A program made the position numbers and the translations under genes. Positions 16,290-26,069 of a DNA stretch of 64,000 nt are shown here, in pieces. The notes under the pieces are model-generated. The model did not search any database. It was not told the DNA's origin and was given only the letters and a program-made list of their open reading frames with translations. The stretch is from the NCBI GenBank assembly GCA_947471365.1, contig CANIWQ010000003.1, positions 705-64,704 of the forward strand. Reading direction: 5' to 3'. Source of the DNA: Gemmatimonadota bacterium (lineage in GTDB: Bacteria > Gemmatimonadota > Gemmatimonadetes > Gemmatimonadales > Gemmatimonadaceae). How positions within the stretch are numbered: the first letter of the stretch is position 1; each line of letters begins with the position of its first letter.

Positions 16290-18488
16290 ATGAACGCGCG
16301 TCTCGATACCTTCTCGTACGACGACGATATCGTACGAAAGTTCCTGTTCGCGACCATCATTTTTGGTCTCGTCGGGTTCCTCGTCGGCCTCATCGTTGCC
16401 CTGCAACTGGCGAACCCGGCATTCAACTTTGGCCCGATTCTGACCTTCGGGCGGTTGCGGCCGTTGCACACGAATGCGGTGATTTTCGCATTCGCGGGCA
16501 ACGCCTGGTTCTGCGGAGCCTACTACTCCACGCAGCGTCTGCTCAAGACGCGCATGTGGAGCGATGGCCTCAGTAAATTCCACTTCTGGGGCTGGCAGGC
16601 GATCATCGTCGCGGCAGCCATTACGCTCCCCTTGGGCTATACCCAAGCCAAGGAGTACGCCGAGCTGGAATGGCCGATTGACATCGCCATCGCGGTGGTG
16701 TGGGTGGCCTTCGCCATCAACTACTTCATGACGCTGTCCAAGCGCCGCGAACGCCACATCTACGTGGCGATCTGGTTCTTTATTGCGTCGATCATCACGG
16801 TGGCCGTACTGCACATCTTCAACAACCTGTCCATTCCGGTTGGGCCGTTGAAGAGCTACTCGATTTACGCGGGTGTGCAGGACGCCTTCATGCAGTGGTG
16901 GTACGGCCACAACGCCGTCGCGTTCTTCCTCACGACGCCGTTCCTCGGCCTGATGTACTACTTCATGCCGAAGGCCGCAGAACGACCGGTCTTCAGCTAC
17001 AAACTCTCGATTCTGCACTTCTGGTCGCTGGTCTTCTTGTACATCTGGGCCGGCCCGCACCACCTGCACTACACCGCGCTCCCCGACTGGGCGAGCACGC
17101 TCGGCATGGTCTTCTCGGTGATGCTGATTGCCCCGAGCTGGGGCGGCATGATCAACGGCCTGCTCACGCTGCGTGGCGCCTGGCATAAGGTGGTCGAGGA
17201 ACCGGTACTCAAGTTCTTCGTGCTTGCGGTCACGGCCTACGGCATGAGCACGTTCGAAGGCCCGATGCTCTCCATCAAGTCGGTGAACGCGCTCGCGCAC
17301 TATACCGACTGGATCATTGCCCACGTGCACACCGGCGCGCTCGGCTGGAACGGATTCCTGACGTTCGGCATGATCTACTGGCTCGCACCGCGCCTTTTTC
17401 AGACGCAGCTCTACAGCAAGAAACTGGCGGAGACCCATTTCTGGGTGTCCACCTTCGGCATTCTGCTGTATGTGGCCTCGATCTACAGCGCCGGCATTAC
17501 GCAGGGGCTGATGTGGCGTGCCTTTGACGAGACGGGGCGTCTGCAGTTCCCCGACTTCATCGAAACCACGATGCGCTTGATGCCCATGTATTGGGTGCGC
17601 GTCGCGGGTGGCACGTTGTTTATCATCGGTGCGTTGATCTTCGCCTACAACATCCTGATGACGTGGCGTCGGCGTCCCGCGGCCTACGAAGTGCAAGTGG
17701 TCACCGCAGCACCGCTCAGCGCCCAGCCGGCACCGCATCATGCGCCGGCCTCTGGCGGAGCGTTCGCTCGGTTCATTGGCATGGGGTGGCACCGCAAGTG
17801 GGAAGCCGCGCCGCTCCTCTTCACGGTGATGGTGGTGGTCGCCGTGCTGGTGGCGTCGCTGTTCGAAATCATCCCGACGTTCCTCATCAAGTCGAACGTC
17901 CCGACGATCGCGAACGTCAAGCCCTACACACCGCTCGAACTTGCCGGCCGCGATCTCTACATCCGCGAGGGCTGCTTCAACTGCCACTCGCAAATGATCC
18001 GTCCGTTCCGGTACGAAACCGAGCGCTACGGCGATTACTCCAAGCCCGGCGAGTCGGTGTACGATCATCCGTTCCTGTGGGGCTCGCGCCGCATCGGACC
18101 CGACCTCGCGCGCGAAGGGGGCAAGTATCCCGCCCTCTGGCACGTGCGGCACATGGAAGATCCGCGCTCGCTCTCGCCCAAGTCCATCATGCCGGCGTAT
18201 CCGAGCCTGCTCACGAACCCCATCGACTTCGGCGGTATTCAGAAACGTGTTGACGCGATGGCCATGCTCGGCGTGCCCTATGGCGAGGCCGTGAACAAGG
18301 CCGAGCAGATGGCGCGTGATCAGGCCCAGGCAGTGGCCACCGACGTTCAGAAGAATGGTGGACCGGCCGGATTGCAGGACAAGGAAATCACGGCGCTCGT
18401 CGCGTATCTCCAGCGCCTCGGCACCGATATCAAGAAACCCGCCGGCGTCGCAGTGGCGCCGGTCCCGGCGAAGGCCGGGGGCAACTGA
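16290..18488 (+). CDS. ccoNO: cbb3-type cytochrome c oxidase, fused subunits I and II (CcoN-CcoO)
   Basis: The N-terminal ~470 aa is a 12-TM heme-copper subunit I (WAGPHHLHY, HVHTGALGW). The C-terminal ~200 aa is CcoO-like with a single CFNCH motif. ATG 16290 (MNARLDTFSYDDDIV) was chosen. Confidence 0.92.
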   Translation: MNARLDTFSYDDDIVRKFLFATIIFGLVGFLVGLIVALQLANPAFNFGPILTFGRLRPLHTNAVIFAFAGNAWFCGAYYSTQRLLKTRMWSDGLSKFHFWGWQAIIVAAAITLPLGYTQAKEYAELEWPIDIAIAVVWVAFAINYFMTLSKRRERHIYVAIWFFIASIITVAVLHIFNNLSIPVGPLKSYSIYAGVQDAFMQWWYGHNAVAFFLTTPFLGLMYYFMPKAAERPVFSYKLSILHFWSLVFLYIWAGPHHLHYTALPDWASTLGMVFSVMLIAPSWGGMINGLLTLRGAWHKVVEEPVLKFFVLAVTAYGMSTFEGPMLSIKSVNALAHYTDWIIAHVHTGALGWNGFLTFGMIYWLAPRLFQTQLYSKKLAETHFWVSTFGILLYVASIYSAGITQGLMWRAFDETGRLQFPDFIETTMRLMPMYWVRVAGGTLFIIGALIFAYNILMTWRRRPAAYEVQVVTAAPLSAQPAPHHAPASGGAFARFIGMGWHRKWEAAPLLFTVMVVVAVLVASLFEIIPTFLIKSNVPTIANVKPYTPLELAGRDLYIREGCFNCHSQMIRPFRYETERYGDYSKPGESVYDHPFLWGSRRIGPDLAREGGKYPALWHVRHMEDPRSLSPKSIMPAYPSLLTNPIDFGGIQKRVDAMAMLGVPYGEAVNKAEQMARDQAQAVATDVQKNGGPAGLQDKEITALVAYLQRLGTDIKKPAGVAVAPVPAKAGGN

Positions 18489-18490
18489 TC

Positions 18491-18682
18491 GTGCGCAGTC
18501 TCGCAGACGTCGTGGGCGCGTCCGGACTCTCCGGCTACGCGATCGTGGCGTTGATCCTGTTCTTTCTCGCCTTCGTCGCCGTGGCGATCAATCTGCTCCT
18601 GCCGTCGCGCTCCGCTCTCTATGAGCGCGCCGGCAGGATGCCACTCGACGACTTGAACCCCCAGACTCCTCGCGAGCCCTGA
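18491..18682 (+). CDS. CcoQ/FixQ-like small membrane subunit
   Basis: 63 aa with one TM (YAIVALILFFLAFVAVAINLLL). Positioned between ccoNO and ccoP. Confidence 0.6.
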   Translation: MRSLADVVGASGLSGYAIVALILFFLAFVAVAINLLLPSRSALYERAGRMPLDDLNPQTPREP

Positions 18683-18691
18683 GGCTACCCA

Positions 18692-19318
18692 ATGACGAAA
18701 GCTGGTGAAGATCGCCCCATCATGGACCACGAGTACGACGGCATTCAGGAGTTCGACAATCCGATGCCGCGCTGGTGGCTCCTCCTGTTCCTCGTGACCG
18801 TCATCCTCGTGCCGGTGTACTATTTCGCGCCGGGCGACATCGGTGCTGGCGCCAAAAAAGCAGAAGTGTATGACCGGGAAATGGCCGCCTTCGCGGCGGC
18901 GCATCCCAATCAGGGCGGCGTGAACGTGACGCCGGAACAAATGGCCGCTATCGTGGCGGACAAAGCGGAAGTCGAAAAGGGGAAGGCGCTGTTCAGCACG
19001 AACTGCGTCAGCTGCCATCGCGCCGACGGCGGCGGGCTCATCGGCCCCAACCTCACCGACGACTTCTGGATTCACGGCAGCTCGCCCGTGGAAATTCATA
19101 CCACGATCGACCAGGGCGTGTTGGCCAAAGGCATGCCGCAGTGGGGAAAGCTGCTGAAACCCGAGCAAATCAATTCCCTCTCGGCGTACGTGGTATCGTT
19201 GCATGGTACCAACCCCGCCAATCCAAAGGCGCCGGACGGTGTGCTCGCCACGTCAGCTCCGGCTGCTCCCGCCGCCACCACGCCCACAACAGCCTCTGAC
19301 CCAACAAAGAAGCCGTGA
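18692..19318 (+). CDS. ccoP: cbb3 oxidase subunit III (CcoP), mono-heme form
   Basis: FixP N-terminal motif DGIQEFDNPMPRWW, one TM, and only one CxxCH motif (CVSCH). Confidence 0.85.
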   Translation: MTKAGEDRPIMDHEYDGIQEFDNPMPRWWLLLFLVTVILVPVYYFAPGDIGAGAKKAEVYDREMAAFAAAHPNQGGVNVTPEQMAAIVADKAEVEKGKALFSTNCVSCHRADGGGLIGPNLTDDFWIHGSSPVEIHTTIDQGVLAKGMPQWGKLLKPEQINSLSAYVVSLHGTNPANPKAPDGVLATSAPAAPAATTPTTASDPTKKP

Positions 19319-20733
19319 CCGCACCAGCCCCCACTGAGCGCGTCCTCGCCACGCTGAACGCTGACGGATCCAGACGGTGGATCCGGCCCAAACTCTCCAA
19401 GGGCAAGCTCTGGCAAAGACGTCGCTCGGTGGCTTTTGGGCTGATGGTACTCTTCCTCGCGATTCCGCACTTTCGGCTCAACGGCAAACCGTTGATGCTG
19501 CTCGACCTCCCGCGGCGCGAGTTCACGTTGTTCGGCACCACCTTTCTGCCGACCGACACTCTGCTTCTGATGCTCCTCGGCATCAGCCTGCTCATCGGCA
19601 TTTTCCTGCTCACGGCGCTCTACGGACGCGTCTGGTGCGGATGGGCCTGCCCGCAGACCGTGTACATGGAGTTTCTCTTCCGTCCCATTGAGCGCTGGCT
19701 CGAGGGCGGGTGGGGCGGCTCTCGGCAGATGGACAAGCAACGGCAACACTTCCATCCGCGTCGCCTCGCCAAGTACGCCATCTACGCCGTGCTCGCCGCG
19801 ATCCTCGGCAACACATTCCTCGCCTACTTCGTGGGCACCGACGCGTTGCAACACTGGATGCTCTCGTCGCCATACGAAGAGCCGGTGCCGTTCGTGGCGA
19901 TGGCCGTGGTGACGCTGATGGTCTTTCTCGACTTCACCTGGTTCCGTGAGCAAACGTGCCTCGTCGCCTGTCCCTACGGGCGCTGGCAGGCCGTGCTGCT
20001 CGACAAACAATCGCTGATTGTCGCGTACGATCCTGCGCGAGGGGAGCCGCGCCGCGCGCCCAAGAAAGGACTGCCCATCGCCGGTGCGTCCGCCGGCGAC
20101 TGCGTGGACTGCAACGCCTGCGTGAACACCTGCCCCACCGGCATCGATATTCGCGACGGACTGCAGATGGAGTGTATTCACTGCACCCAGTGCGCCGACG
20201 CCTGCGACACGGTCATGCGCAAAGTCGGCAAGCCCGAAGGACTCGTTCGTTATACGTCCAAGGAAGCGCTCGAGGGCCACATTCGGCACTTCATTCGCCC
20301 GCGGACCGTGCTCTACCCATTGGCCTTCGCGCTGTTCTTTGGCGGATTTATTTACGCGCTTGAGACGAAGTCCAAAGCGGACGTCACGATCCTTGGCGCC
20401 ATCGGGCAGCCCTTCTCCCGTGAACCCGACGGCTCGGTGGTGAATCAGGTCCGTGTGAAAATCGCGAATCGTTCCAACGGCGTCCGTCGCTACACCGTTG
20501 AGTTACTCGATGCTGACGACGCAAAGCTGATCGCGCCGGAGCTCCCGCTGACGCTCACGAACGGCAAGAACGCCGCCACGAGCCTGTTCATCATCATGCC
20601 CGAGTCGGCGTTCCACAACGGCACGCACCGCATGACCCTGCGCGTCACGGACGATGCCGGATTCTCGCAGCTGATTCCCTGGCGTCTGCGTGGGCCGGAC
20701 GAGCACGAACGCGAATCCCGAGAGCATAAGTGA
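19315..20733 (+). CDS. ccoG: cytochrome c oxidase accessory protein CcoG (4Fe-4S)
   Basis: CPQTVYME, CVDCNACVNTCP and CIHCTQCADAC. GTG overlaps the ccoP stop. Confidence 0.9.
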   Translation: MTAPAPTERVLATLNADGSRRWIRPKLSKGKLWQRRRSVAFGLMVLFLAIPHFRLNGKPLMLLDLPRREFTLFGTTFLPTDTLLLMLLGISLLIGIFLLTALYGRVWCGWACPQTVYMEFLFRPIERWLEGGWGGSRQMDKQRQHFHPRRLAKYAIYAVLAAILGNTFLAYFVGTDALQHWMLSSPYEEPVPFVAMAVVTLMVFLDFTWFREQTCLVACPYGRWQAVLLDKQSLIVAYDPARGEPRRAPKKGLPIAGASAGDCVDCNACVNTCPTGIDIRDGLQMECIHCTQCADACDTVMRKVGKPEGLVRYTSKEALEGHIRHFIRPRTVLYPLAFALFFGGFIYALETKSKADVTILGAIGQPFSREPDGSVVNQVRVKIANRSNGVRRYTVELLDADDAKLIAPELPLTLTNGKNAATSLFIIMPESAFHNGTHRMTLRVTDDAGFSQLIPWRLRGPDEHERESREHK

Positions 20734-21233
20734 TGAAGAAAGGATGGTATTGGCCGTGGTTCGTCGGCACGCTCTTGACGGCCACCGCGGTGAGTCAGGG
20801 TTGGATGTACTGGACCGCCACGCACGATGCGTCGATGGCCATCGAGCCGGACTACTACAACAAGGGCGTCGCCTACGACTCCGTGGTTGCACAGCGCGAC
20901 GCCAGCGCGCGGCTCGGGTGGAAGATCACACTCGCGGCCGGCGCGCTCGGCAATCGTACCTCGGATGTCGGCATCATCCTGAGCGACTCCGCTGGTGCGC
21001 CGATCACGGGCGCGCATGTGACAGTTGCGGCGATCAACAACGTCGTCGGCGCGCGCCACGTAGAATCGGCGCTCTCGGAACGCGGTCAAGGACGCTATGG
21101 CGCGCTGCTCACACTCGACCGTCCCGGGCTCTGGGAGTTTCAGATTGAAGTAGTGCGTGGCCGCGACCGGTTTGCCGTCGATCTGCGGGCCGATGTCTCG
21201 GTCGCCGCGACACCGGCCGCGCCGGCGCGGTGA
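20730..21233 (+). CDS. FixH/CcoH family protein
   Basis: N-terminus KKGWYWPWFVGTLL plus DYYNKGVAYD is typical of FixH. Start is GTG 20730 or ATG 20733. Confidence 0.8.
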   Translation: MMKKGWYWPWFVGTLLTATAVSQGWMYWTATHDASMAIEPDYYNKGVAYDSVVAQRDASARLGWKITLAAGALGNRTSDVGIILSDSAGAPITGAHVTVAAINNVVGARHVESALSERGQGRYGALLTLDRPGLWEFQIEVVRGRDRFAVDLRADVSVAATPAAPAR

Positions 21234-21931
21234 TCGCGCTCATCGCATCCGTTTTTGTCGCAGCGTTGCTCGGCAGTGCTCACTGCGCGGGCATGTGCGG
21301 CGGACTGGCCTGCTTCGTCGCTGGCACTGGCCCGACGAGTGCTCGCGCCACATTCGGCTATAACGCGGGACGGCTCGCCGCCTACGCGGCACTCGGCGCC
21401 ATCGCTGGAGCGGCCGGCGCAGGATTCGATCGCGCTGGCGAAATCGCCGGCATCGCGCGTCCCGCCGCCATCGTGGCGGGTTCGCTCATGATCATCTGGG
21501 GCGCCTCCACCGCGCTCGTCGCCGCCGGAGTGCGAATGCCCACGCTCGGAGTGCCGCCCTTCATGCGGGCGGCACTCGCCCGTGCGCTGAAGGCCGTCCG
21601 TGCGCGCGATCCGCTCGCCCGTGGATTCACACTTGGGGTGCTGACACCACTCCTTCCGTGCGGCTGGCTCTATGCATTTGTCGCCACTGCCGCCGCGGCG
21701 GGCACCGCCACCAGCGGGGCGATTGTGATGGCCGCGTTCTGGCTCGGCACCGTCCCCGCGATGGCCGCGCTCGGACTCGGAGCGCAATCGCTGCTCGGGC
21801 CGCTGCGGAAGCGCTTGCCTGCCGTCACCGCCGCGGCGATGGTTGTATTCGGTCTACTCACCGTTGTCGGCAAGTTCGGCCCTCCGGCCATGCACGCCCA
21901 CCAACACGAAGCCCCCACGCATGGTCAGTAG
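21230..21931 (+). CDS. TauE/SafE-like membrane protein with HCxxMCGG motif
   Basis: SAHCAGMCGGL motif near the N-terminus and ~6 TM helices. Positioned between fixH and ccoI. Confidence 0.7.
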   Translation: MIALIASVFVAALLGSAHCAGMCGGLACFVAGTGPTSARATFGYNAGRLAAYAALGAIAGAAGAGFDRAGEIAGIARPAAIVAGSLMIIWGASTALVAAGVRMPTLGVPPFMRAALARALKAVRARDPLARGFTLGVLTPLLPCGWLYAFVATAAAAGTATSGAIVMAAFWLGTVPAMAALGLGAQSLLGPLRKRLPAVTAAAMVVFGLLTVVGKFGPPAMHAHQHEAPTHGQ

Positions 21932-24356
21932 CGTTCGCGCGGAACAACCGACCACGGAGCGCACGGAACTCATCGCGTGCGCCCACTGCGGTCTTCCGGT
22001 CCCTCCCGGATTCCTCGAACCCAGTGCGCCGCGGCAGTACTGTTGCGCCGGATGTAGCACCGCCTGGTCGCTCATTCACGAGCACGGGCTCGAAGATTAC
22101 TACTCGTTCGTGGAACGCCGCGAAGGACCCGTCGCGGTGAGCGGACGTTCGTTCGAAGAGTTTGACCACGACGCATTCCGTGAGCTGTACGTGACGCCGC
22201 GTACCGACGGCCTCGTCGAAACGGATCTCTACCTCGAACGCGTGCACTGTGCGAGTTGTGTGTGGCTCGTGGAGAAGATGCCGCTCGCCATTCCGGGGGT
22301 GGCGCGCGCCGACCTCGATGTGGGGCGCGCGCTCGCCCACATCGTGTGGGATGCCACCAAGACGCCGCTCTCACAGATCGCCGGCTTCCTCGACCGCCTC
22401 GGATATCCGCCGCATCCGTACCGCGGCGGCAAAGCCGATGAACTACGCAAGCGCGAAGACCGTGCGTCGCTGACGCGCATCGGCGTGGCCGGCGCCATCG
22501 CGGCCAATGTGATGATGATCGCGATTGCGATCTACGCGGGCTGGTTCGGCGGCATGGATCCCGTGTTCCACCGCTATTTCCGCTGGTGGAGTTTTCTGTT
22601 GACCACCCCAGCCGTGCTCTGGCCTGGGCGGGTGTTCTTTGTGAGCGCATGGGGCGCGCTCCGCCAACGCGCGTTGCATATGGACGTGCCCATCGCACTC
22701 GCCATTGGCGTGGGATATTTACGCGGCTCGTGGAATACGATGCGCGATGCGGGCCCGATCTATTTCGATGGCGTGGCCACGCTCATTTTCCTGCTACTCG
22801 TCGGACGGTTTCTGCAGCAACGGGCGCAACGCGCCGCCGCCGATTCCGCCGAACTTCTCTTTTCGCTCGCGCCATCCACGGCGCGCGTGGTAGACGGCGA
22901 GCAGATTCGCGAAGTCCCCACGCAAGCGGTGCTCCCCGGTGTCACACTTGATGTGCGCGCGGGCGACACCCTCGCCGCCGACGGCGTGGTACTGACCGGT
23001 CGCTCGTCGATGGATCTCTCGCTCCTCTCTGGCGAATCGCGACCGGTGGCCGTCGCCGAAGGCGCCGAGGTGTACGCGGGCACCATCAACCTGAGCGCCC
23101 CGCTCCGCGTGCGCGTCACCAGTGCCGGCGAGCAGAGCCGACTCGGCCGCATTCTCAAAGACGTGGAAGACAGCGCCCGCCGCCGCGCCCCCGTGGTGCG
23201 ACTCGCGGACCGCATGGCCGGCGGATTCATTGCCGCCGTCATCGCGCTCGCGACACTCACCTTTCTGATTTGGGTGCGCAAAGACACCTCCAGCGCTATC
23301 GACAATGCGATTGCGATGCTCGTGGTGACCTGCCCGTGCGCGCTCGCCCTTGCAACGCCATTGGCCATCACCGTGGCCATTGGGCGCGCCGCGCAACAAG
23401 GCATTCTCGTGAAGGGTGGCGACGCACTTGAGCTGCTCGCCAAGCCGTCGCGCCTCATCCTCGATAAAACCGGCACGCTCACCGAAGGCCGCATGCAGCT
23501 CGTGCAGTGGGACGGCCCCGACGATCTTCGCGCGGCGGTGCTCGCGGTGGAACAGCACTCCCGTCACCCCGTGGCATCTGCATTCCTCCGCGCGTGGGGC
23601 GATCCCACGCAGATCGCGAGTGATGTGCGCGAAACTATTGGTGGTGGGCTCGACGGCGTCGTCAATGCGCGCCGCGTGGTGATCGGCAAACCATCGTTCG
23701 TGCTCGAGCGGGCCTCTGGCACCGCCGAACAGTTTGCCCCGCTCGACGACGCACTCACCCCCGTGCTCGTGGCCGTCGACGGCGTGGTGGTCGCGCGCGC
23801 CGGTTTCGGCGATCCGCTGCGCGAAGGCACCAAGGAGGCGCTCGACACGCTGCGGGCCGCCGGCTGGCGCATCGGCATTCTCAGCGGCGACGATCCGCGC
23901 GTCGTCGCCGCCACCGCACGTGCCCTCGGGATTCCGCAACACGAATGCCGAGGCGGCGCGTCACCCGAAGACAAACGCGCGACCATCGAAGACGCAGCGC
24001 GCTCGGGAACCGTCGTCATGGTGGGCGATGGTGTGAACGATGCCGCCGCGATTGCCGCCGCGTCCGTCGGCGTGGGGGTGCGGGGCGGTGCCGAAGCCTG
24101 CCTCGCCGCCGCCGATGTCTTCCTCACCCGCGCAGGGCTCGTCCCGTTCCTCGAACTCCAAACCGGTGCGCGACGCACCGTGACGTTGATCCGGCTTGGC
24201 ATTGGGTTCTCGCTGTTCTATAATCTGGTCGGTGCCGCCCTCGCCCTCACGGGGGTCATGGATCCGCTCATTGCGGCCATCGTGATGCCGGTCAGTTCCC
24301 TGAGTGTTGTTATCGCGGCTTGGCGCGGCCGCACCTTCACCGGAGCCACCACGTGA
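21921..24356 (+). CDS. ccoI: Cu-transporting P1B ATPase CcoI/FixI
   Basis: N-terminal Cys pairs CAHCG..CCAGC, TM CPC (VVTCPCALALATP), DKTGTLT, HP motif (SRHPVA) and GDGVNDA. ATG 21921 overlaps the preceding gene by 11 nt. Confidence 0.9.
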   Translation: MVSSVRAEQPTTERTELIACAHCGLPVPPGFLEPSAPRQYCCAGCSTAWSLIHEHGLEDYYSFVERREGPVAVSGRSFEEFDHDAFRELYVTPRTDGLVETDLYLERVHCASCVWLVEKMPLAIPGVARADLDVGRALAHIVWDATKTPLSQIAGFLDRLGYPPHPYRGGKADELRKREDRASLTRIGVAGAIAANVMMIAIAIYAGWFGGMDPVFHRYFRWWSFLLTTPAVLWPGRVFFVSAWGALRQRALHMDVPIALAIGVGYLRGSWNTMRDAGPIYFDGVATLIFLLLVGRFLQQRAQRAAADSAELLFSLAPSTARVVDGEQIREVPTQAVLPGVTLDVRAGDTLAADGVVLTGRSSMDLSLLSGESRPVAVAEGAEVYAGTINLSAPLRVRVTSAGEQSRLGRILKDVEDSARRRAPVVRLADRMAGGFIAAVIALATLTFLIWVRKDTSSAIDNAIAMLVVTCPCALALATPLAITVAIGRAAQQGILVKGGDALELLAKPSRLILDKTGTLTEGRMQLVQWDGPDDLRAAVLAVEQHSRHPVASAFLRAWGDPTQIASDVRETIGGGLDGVVNARRVVIGKPSFVLERASGTAEQFAPLDDALTPVLVAVDGVVVARAGFGDPLREGTKEALDTLRAAGWRIGILSGDDPRVVAATARALGIPQHECRGGASPEDKRATIEDAARSGTVVMVGDGVNDAAAIAAASVGVGVRGGAEACLAAADVFLTRAGLVPFLELQTGARRTVTLIRLGIGFSLFYNLVGAALALTGVMDPLIAAIVMPVSSLSVVIAAWRGRTFTGATT

Positions 24357-24550
24357 GTGTCCTCTACGTGCTTGTCCCGCTCGCGCTACTGCTGGTCATC
24401 GGCTTTGTGGTGGCGTGGGTGTGGAGCGCCCGCGACGGGCAGTTCGACGACCTGCAGACGCCGGCGCTCCGCCCGCTCCTCGACGACAAACCAGAGCGTC
24501 GCCCCGCGGCTGAGGCAACGCGGTCCACTGACCCGTCGTCCGCTGGCTAG
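24353..24550 (+). CDS. ccoS: CcoS/FixS cbb3 maturation protein
   Basis: GTG overlaps the ccoI stop (GTGA). One TM followed by WSARDGQFDDL. Confidence 0.8.
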   Translation: MSVLYVLVPLALLLVIGFVVAWVWSARDGQFDDLQTPALRPLLDDKPERRPAAEATRSTDPSSAG

Positions 24551-24589
24551 CGGGCAGCACGCACACCTCAACCGGCGTATCTTTCCTTC

Positions 24590-25969
24590 GTGACGCGCCT
24601 CTCCCCCCGCCGGTCGACGTCACCGGCTTTAGACTTTCCTGGCACCGCGTGGCGATTCTTTTTCTCTGGACTCGCCTTTCTCGCGGTCGCCGGTGCCGTG
24701 GCGTTCGCGTCCATTCGTCAACTGCGCAACGATGCCGCGCTCGTCACACAGTCGAGCCAGATTCTTGCCGTCCTCGCCAGCGTCGACGGTGAATTGACCA
24801 AAGCCGGATCGGCGCGCCGTGGCTTTTCGCTCGTGCGCGACAGCAACTTCGTGCGGCAGTACCGGTCGTCGCGCGATCACGTCGACTTTCTGTTTGAAGA
24901 ACTCAAAGAGTCCACCAGCGACGCCTCCGCGAGGACCCGCGATCACACGCGGCATCTGAGGGACGCCGCCGTCCAGCGTCTCGACCTGATGGCCGTATCC
25001 ATTCAGGACGTCGCCAACGGCCGCGAGGCGCCGCTGGAACTGCTCCCCAACGATGCCAACGCCCGCACGATTCGCGACGAACTCAACGAACTCGTTGGCG
25101 AAGAGCGGCGCCTGCTCGCCGCGCGCGAAGGACGCGCCGAGCTCACCGAAATCGCCGCCGAAACATCGATGGCCGGTGGCTTCACGCTCGCTCTCGCGCT
25201 CTTTTTTCTGGCCTGGCGGCGCTCCGTCCGCTCAGCGCTCCAGCGCGATGAGTCGGAACGGCTCCTCGCCGAACGCGCCCTCGAACTTGATGTCGCCAAC
25301 CGGCAACTCGAGCAACTGCTCTTTGCCGCTTCGGGACGACTCCAAGATCCGCTCCGTGCTATTCAAGACGCCGCCCTTTCAATTGCTCGACAGGCCGGCT
25401 TGCAGCAGTCCGAGCGTGCGCCAGCGATGGCGCAGCTGAGCGAAGGCGCCTCACGCATGAGCCGCATCGTCTCCGACCTGCGCACCTATGCACAGCTCGT
25501 CGGATACGAAGCCGCGCACGACCGCCTTGCCCTCGACGACGTGGTGCAGCGCGTGTTGCGGGAGTTCGCCCCGCGCCTGAAAACGTCGCATGGCGCCGTG
25601 CAGGTGGGCCCGCTCCTCCCGCATGTGGTTGGCGACCGGCGGTTGTTGGAGTGGGCCTTGTTGCAACTGATCGACAACGCCCTCTCCTTTGCCAAGCCAG
25701 GCACCGCGCCCACGGTGTACGTAGGAGCGCGCACGAGCGACGGATTCGCCACGGTGTTCGTCCGCGACGAAGGCATTGGCATCCTGCGCGACTACCACGC
25801 GCGCATCTTTGGCCTGTTTGAGCGACTCGCTCCCGAAATGCACCCTGGCAGTGGCATCGGCCTCCCCATCGCCCAGCGCGCCGCCGAGCTGTTGGGGTCG
25901 CGCGTACAGGTAGAGTCCGAACCCGGCGTCGGTAGCGAGTTTACCATAGTGCTCCCGCTGGCACGCTAA
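24590..25969 (+). CDS. CHASE3-type sensor histidine kinase homologue with degenerate H-box
   Basis: Two TMs flank a CHASE3-like region (QLRNDAALVTQSSQIL). The H-box reads AASGRLQDPLRAI, with Gly where His is expected. The N-box (DNALSF), G1 (DEGIGI) and G2 (GSGIGL) are intact. Confidence 0.8.
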   Translation: MTRLSPRRSTSPALDFPGTAWRFFFSGLAFLAVAGAVAFASIRQLRNDAALVTQSSQILAVLASVDGELTKAGSARRGFSLVRDSNFVRQYRSSRDHVDFLFEELKESTSDASARTRDHTRHLRDAAVQRLDLMAVSIQDVANGREAPLELLPNDANARTIRDELNELVGEERRLLAAREGRAELTEIAAETSMAGGFTLALALFFLAWRRSVRSALQRDESERLLAERALELDVANRQLEQLLFAASGRLQDPLRAIQDAALSIARQAGLQQSERAPAMAQLSEGASRMSRIVSDLRTYAQLVGYEAAHDRLALDDVVQRVLREFAPRLKTSHGAVQVGPLLPHVVGDRRLLEWALLQLIDNALSFAKPGTAPTVYVGARTSDGFATVFVRDEGIGILRDYHARIFGLFERLAPEMHPGSGIGLPIAQRAAELLGSRVQVESEPGVGSEFTIVLPLAR

Positions 25970-25982
25970 GCCGCTTGACAGC

Positions 25983-26063
25983 TTACTGACTGCACAGTTA
26001 GTTGCTGGCTCGGCGGGGAAACCCGCCTTTCTACGCCTTAGTAAATGACTTATCGGTCAGTTA
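25983..26063. promoter_or_regulatory. AT-rich operator/promoter region upstream of the TetR gene
   Basis: Local GC drop. TTACTG-N6-CAGTTA (25983-26000) and TGAC-N6-GTCA (26046-26059). TTACTGAC and GTCAGTTA are near reverse complements. TATATA lies just before ATG 26070. Confidence 0.25.
26012..26032 (+). terminator. small hairpin terminator with GAAA tetraloop
   Basis: GGCGGG (26012-17), loop GAAA, CCCGCC (26022-27), followed by TTTCT. It lies 43 nt after the kinase stop. Confidence 0.45.
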
Positions 26064-26069
26064 TATAGA

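Noticed and set aside
16191-18152. 653-aa ORF antisense to ccoNO
   Set aside because: It is a shadow ORF typical of high-GC DNA, with an Arg/His/Gly/Glu-rich product and no recognisable motifs. The sense strand encodes an unmistakable heme-copper oxidase subunit.
25975-25980. Perfect TTGACA -35 hexamer after the kinase gene
   Set aside because: No acceptable -10 element lies at 16-18 nt spacing, and a terminator hairpin follows at 26012.
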